Source: an uncultured Candidatus Peribacteria bacterium
Lineage (GTDB): Bacteria > Patescibacteriota > Gracilibacteria > UBA1369 > LOWO2-01-FULL-3
DNA: 48,150 nucleotides
Assembly (NCBI GenBank): GCA_964499425.1
Contig: CAZCLD010000004.1
Location: 1 to 48,150, forward strand
Reading direction: 5' to 3'
Program-made: the position numbers and the translations under genes
Part shown: positions 46,240-48,150 of the stretch, in pieces
Layout of the letters: each line of letters begins with the position of its first letter
Numbering within the stretch: position 1 is the stretch's first letter
Notes under the pieces: generated by a model
The model's database searches: none
What the model saw: only the letters and a program-made list of their open reading frames with translations
Told to the model about the DNA's origin: nothing

Positions 46240-48150
46240 ATGGCAAACACCCCCAACCGCCCACCAGAGACAGACGACCCTTCGGGTTTTCGTTCACCAA
46301 ACAATGGCACCGTCGCACAGGCCCAGAGTGCCAGCCAGATACGCGCCGACCTTACTAGGGGTGGTGTCTTCACGCGCTACATTACCGGCAAACACGGAGA
46401 AGAAGAGGTGCTATTGCCAGAATACCTAGACTTTGCCGTTTCCAAGGGCAAGATAACTCCGGACCAAGCTGAAAGGCTAAAGATTCTCTTCGAAGACGAG
46501 CTCGCTAGACAATCGGTAGATCGTGCCGCACTTATAAGAGGGCTAGATCGCCCTCCCGCCAACGAAAAGATCACCATGATTTCGACAGCTGAGGCCCTTT
46601 CTAGCGCAATTAGACTTGCCCAGCAAAGAAGAGTTGCACAGGAGGCAACAGGCCGCACTTCAAGAAAAATGGTTAAGAATTGGCAGTGGGGAGACTTTAC
46701 TTTCATGATTCAAACAAGACACGAACCCGTGTACGTTAGTATTCTAGAGGCAATAGCCTGGCACAGAGCTCTAGGCAACATAGCTGCTACAGAGGCTCAG
46801 CAATTAACTAGTTCCTGCAAAGCCGCTATGGCTTCTGTTCCAAAAAGACTAAGAAGAAAGGCGGCCACCGCGCTTCGAGGAGCAAGACAGTGGCACGAAA
46901 AGATCAACGAACAAGGTCGTGAAACTGAAATAGCTGAGGCTACCGCAAGATCCAAAACCATTGTCAAAAAACACATCGGCGCACCCGGTCAACTTTTGAC
47001 AATTCTTGAAAATAGACGCGCTGGCAACCTTAGCACCGACGAAGCTCAAAAAATCATAACCCGCTGGACTCTTGAAGGCGGAGACAAAGGGCTAACAACA
47101 GGAACCATGGTAGACGAGCTCAAAAAAGCCCACAAAAAAGGGTTACTTTTTAGCAGTGCCGACTACTTCGCTATTGCTGTCCTCATCTGCATAGACGAAC
47201 TGCTTGCTTACAACCTGATTGATGGAAACGAAATAGACGACCTCGACCCCCCCGCCGAAGATTTTCTTTTGCACGTTGATTCTCAGGCAGCCTCAGTTGA
47301 TGACCCTGACGACCTCGACGATTGGACGCCCCAGGCATTTGAGCAAGAACCAGATGGCGGCCTCGACGCAGAAGATCTTGCAAGACAAGAAGCCATTTCC
47401 TCAAGTACCCCTCCTGCACCTACAGAACCTGTGGTCGCAACTTCTCCAGCAAAGCCCACTCCAGGACCTGGGGCAGAGGCTGAGCCAACACCCCCTCCGC
47501 CCCCTCCAGAGCCAGAGCCGGAACCGGCACCCCCTCCGTCACCAGGGCCTGAGTCGGAACTAGACTCCACCGGGGCTGTCGAGACCGTACTGCTAGACGA
47601 TGATAGCGTTCCGCCAGAAGCAGTCGAACTAGGTGGAGACGACTTTCATCTGGTCGACGACGATTTTGCCATTCCCCCTCCTCCACCAGCACGCTCTTCC
47701 ACAAGTGATTCGCCAACCACTTCAACCGAACCTGACAACGACGCGCTCGCAGGCCTGGCCGACTTCTTAGAAAAAACCCTGCTTCCCCAAGACGCTGATC
47801 CCGGACAACCATTGCCCCAACTGCTTCCCGCAGAGGGCGCTGAAGACAAGGCCCCAGGGTCCGGCCCTATCGAGCCCCTTCAAGGATTGGCCTCTGAGCT
47901 TCAACCAACAGAACTAGCACCTCCAGGAATTCCGACAGACCACAGAACAACAAGGCCCGTTTTTCCAGCTATCCCTGCAGACCCGCCACCGCCCCTTGCA
48001 GAGCTGGTAGAATCAGCCCCACCGCCAAAGCCTGAACCAGCACCAATTCCGCCACCTCCAGAGCCACCAGCACCAGAACCAGAACCAGAACCTGAGCCGG
48101 AGCCGGAACCCGAGCCCGAACCAATTCCGCCACCACCAGAACCAGAGCCG
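46240..48150 (+). CDS. Partial CDS (637 codons or more, runs off the window): N-terminal globular region of about 340 aa plus a long Pro/Glu/Asp-rich low-complexity region
   Basis: Hand translation from ATG 46240 in frame 1 has no stop up to position 48150. It is absent from the ORF track, presumably because it is open-ended. The C-terminal part contains PPPPPPEPEPEP and PEPEPEPEPEPEPEP runs. GC content rises markedly. Confidence 0.7.
   Translation, partial: MANTPNRPPETDDPSGFRSPNNGTVAQAQSASQIRADLTRGGVFTRYITGKHGEEEVLLPEYLDFAVSKGKITPDQAERLKILFEDELARQSVDRAALIRGLDRPPANEKITMISTAEALSSAIRLAQQRRVAQEATGRTSRKMVKNWQWGDFTFMIQTRHEPVYVSILEAIAWHRALGNIAATEAQQLTSSCKAAMASVPKRLRRKAATALRGARQWHEKINEQGRETEIAEATARSKTIVKKHIGAPGQLLTILENRRAGNLSTDEAQKIITRWTLEGGDKGLTTGTMVDELKKAHKKGLLFSSADYFAIAVLICIDELLAYNLIDGNEIDDLDPPAEDFLLHVDSQAASVDDPDDLDDWTPQAFEQEPDGGLDAEDLARQEAISSSTPPAPTEPVVATSPAKPTPGPGAEAEPTPPPPPPEPEPEPAPPPSPGPESELDSTGAVETVLLDDDSVPPEAVELGGDDFHLVDDDFAIPPPPPARSSTSDSPTTSTEPDNDALAGLADFLEKTLLPQDADPGQPLPQLLPAEGAEDKAPGSGPIEPLQGLASELQPTELAPPGIPTDHRTTRPVFPAIPADPPPPLAELVESAPPPKPEPAPIPPPPEPPAPEPEPEPEPEPEPEPEPIPPPPEPEP

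Noticed and set aside
47183-47849. Several 60-130-aa ORFs on both strands in the GC-rich right end.
   Set aside because: They are Gly/Arg/Ser/Pro-rich, mutually overlapping ORFs that lie against the long frame-1 ORF. This is expected from stop-codon depletion in GC-rich repetitive sequence.

Overview
This is a compact, gene-dense bacterial window. Its gene content looks like a reduced-genome, Patescibacteria/CPR-like organism; that assignment is inference only and was not checked by any search. TGA is used as a stop codon, so the standard code applies.

Recognisable housekeeping genes:
- topA, an HU-family gene, pheS and pheT
- smpB, nadE, an archaeal-type NMN adenylyltransferase, and a phosphomanno/phosphoglucomutase
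- a class A PBP, an M50 site-2 protease, rdgB, and tRNA-Ser(GGA)

Features worth a second look:
1. At the left edge, a tRNA-Thr(GGU) gene is split into a 5' part (27-68) and a 3' part (5450-5493) by an insertion of about 5.4 kb. The insertion is bounded by an 11-bp direct repeat. It carries two tyrosine recombinases, a zinc-ribbon protein, a two-HKD phospholipase-D-family protein and its own intact tRNA-Thr(GGU).
2. A translationally coupled pair on the minus strand (37673-44261) encodes a 946-aa protein with no recognisable domain and a coiled-coil tail, followed by a 1248-aa SNF2-type helicase fused to a class I SAM methyltransferase.
3. There are two orphan proteins with radical-SAM CxxxCxxC motifs.
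4. A GC-rich, ORF-poor stretch of about 270 nt ends in a strand-specific intrinsic terminator and is a candidate structured RNA.
5. A 57-bp tandem repeat abuts tRNA-Ser.
6. A perfect 22-bp inverted repeat spans a stop codon and the next gene's start codon.
7. There is a 1803-aa secreted protein with PKD repeats.
8. A GC-rich Pro/Glu-rich ORF runs off the right end of the window behind a near-consensus promoter.

No CRISPR array, rRNA gene or reverse transcriptase was seen. All functional calls come from motifs read by eye in the supplied translations. No database search was run.
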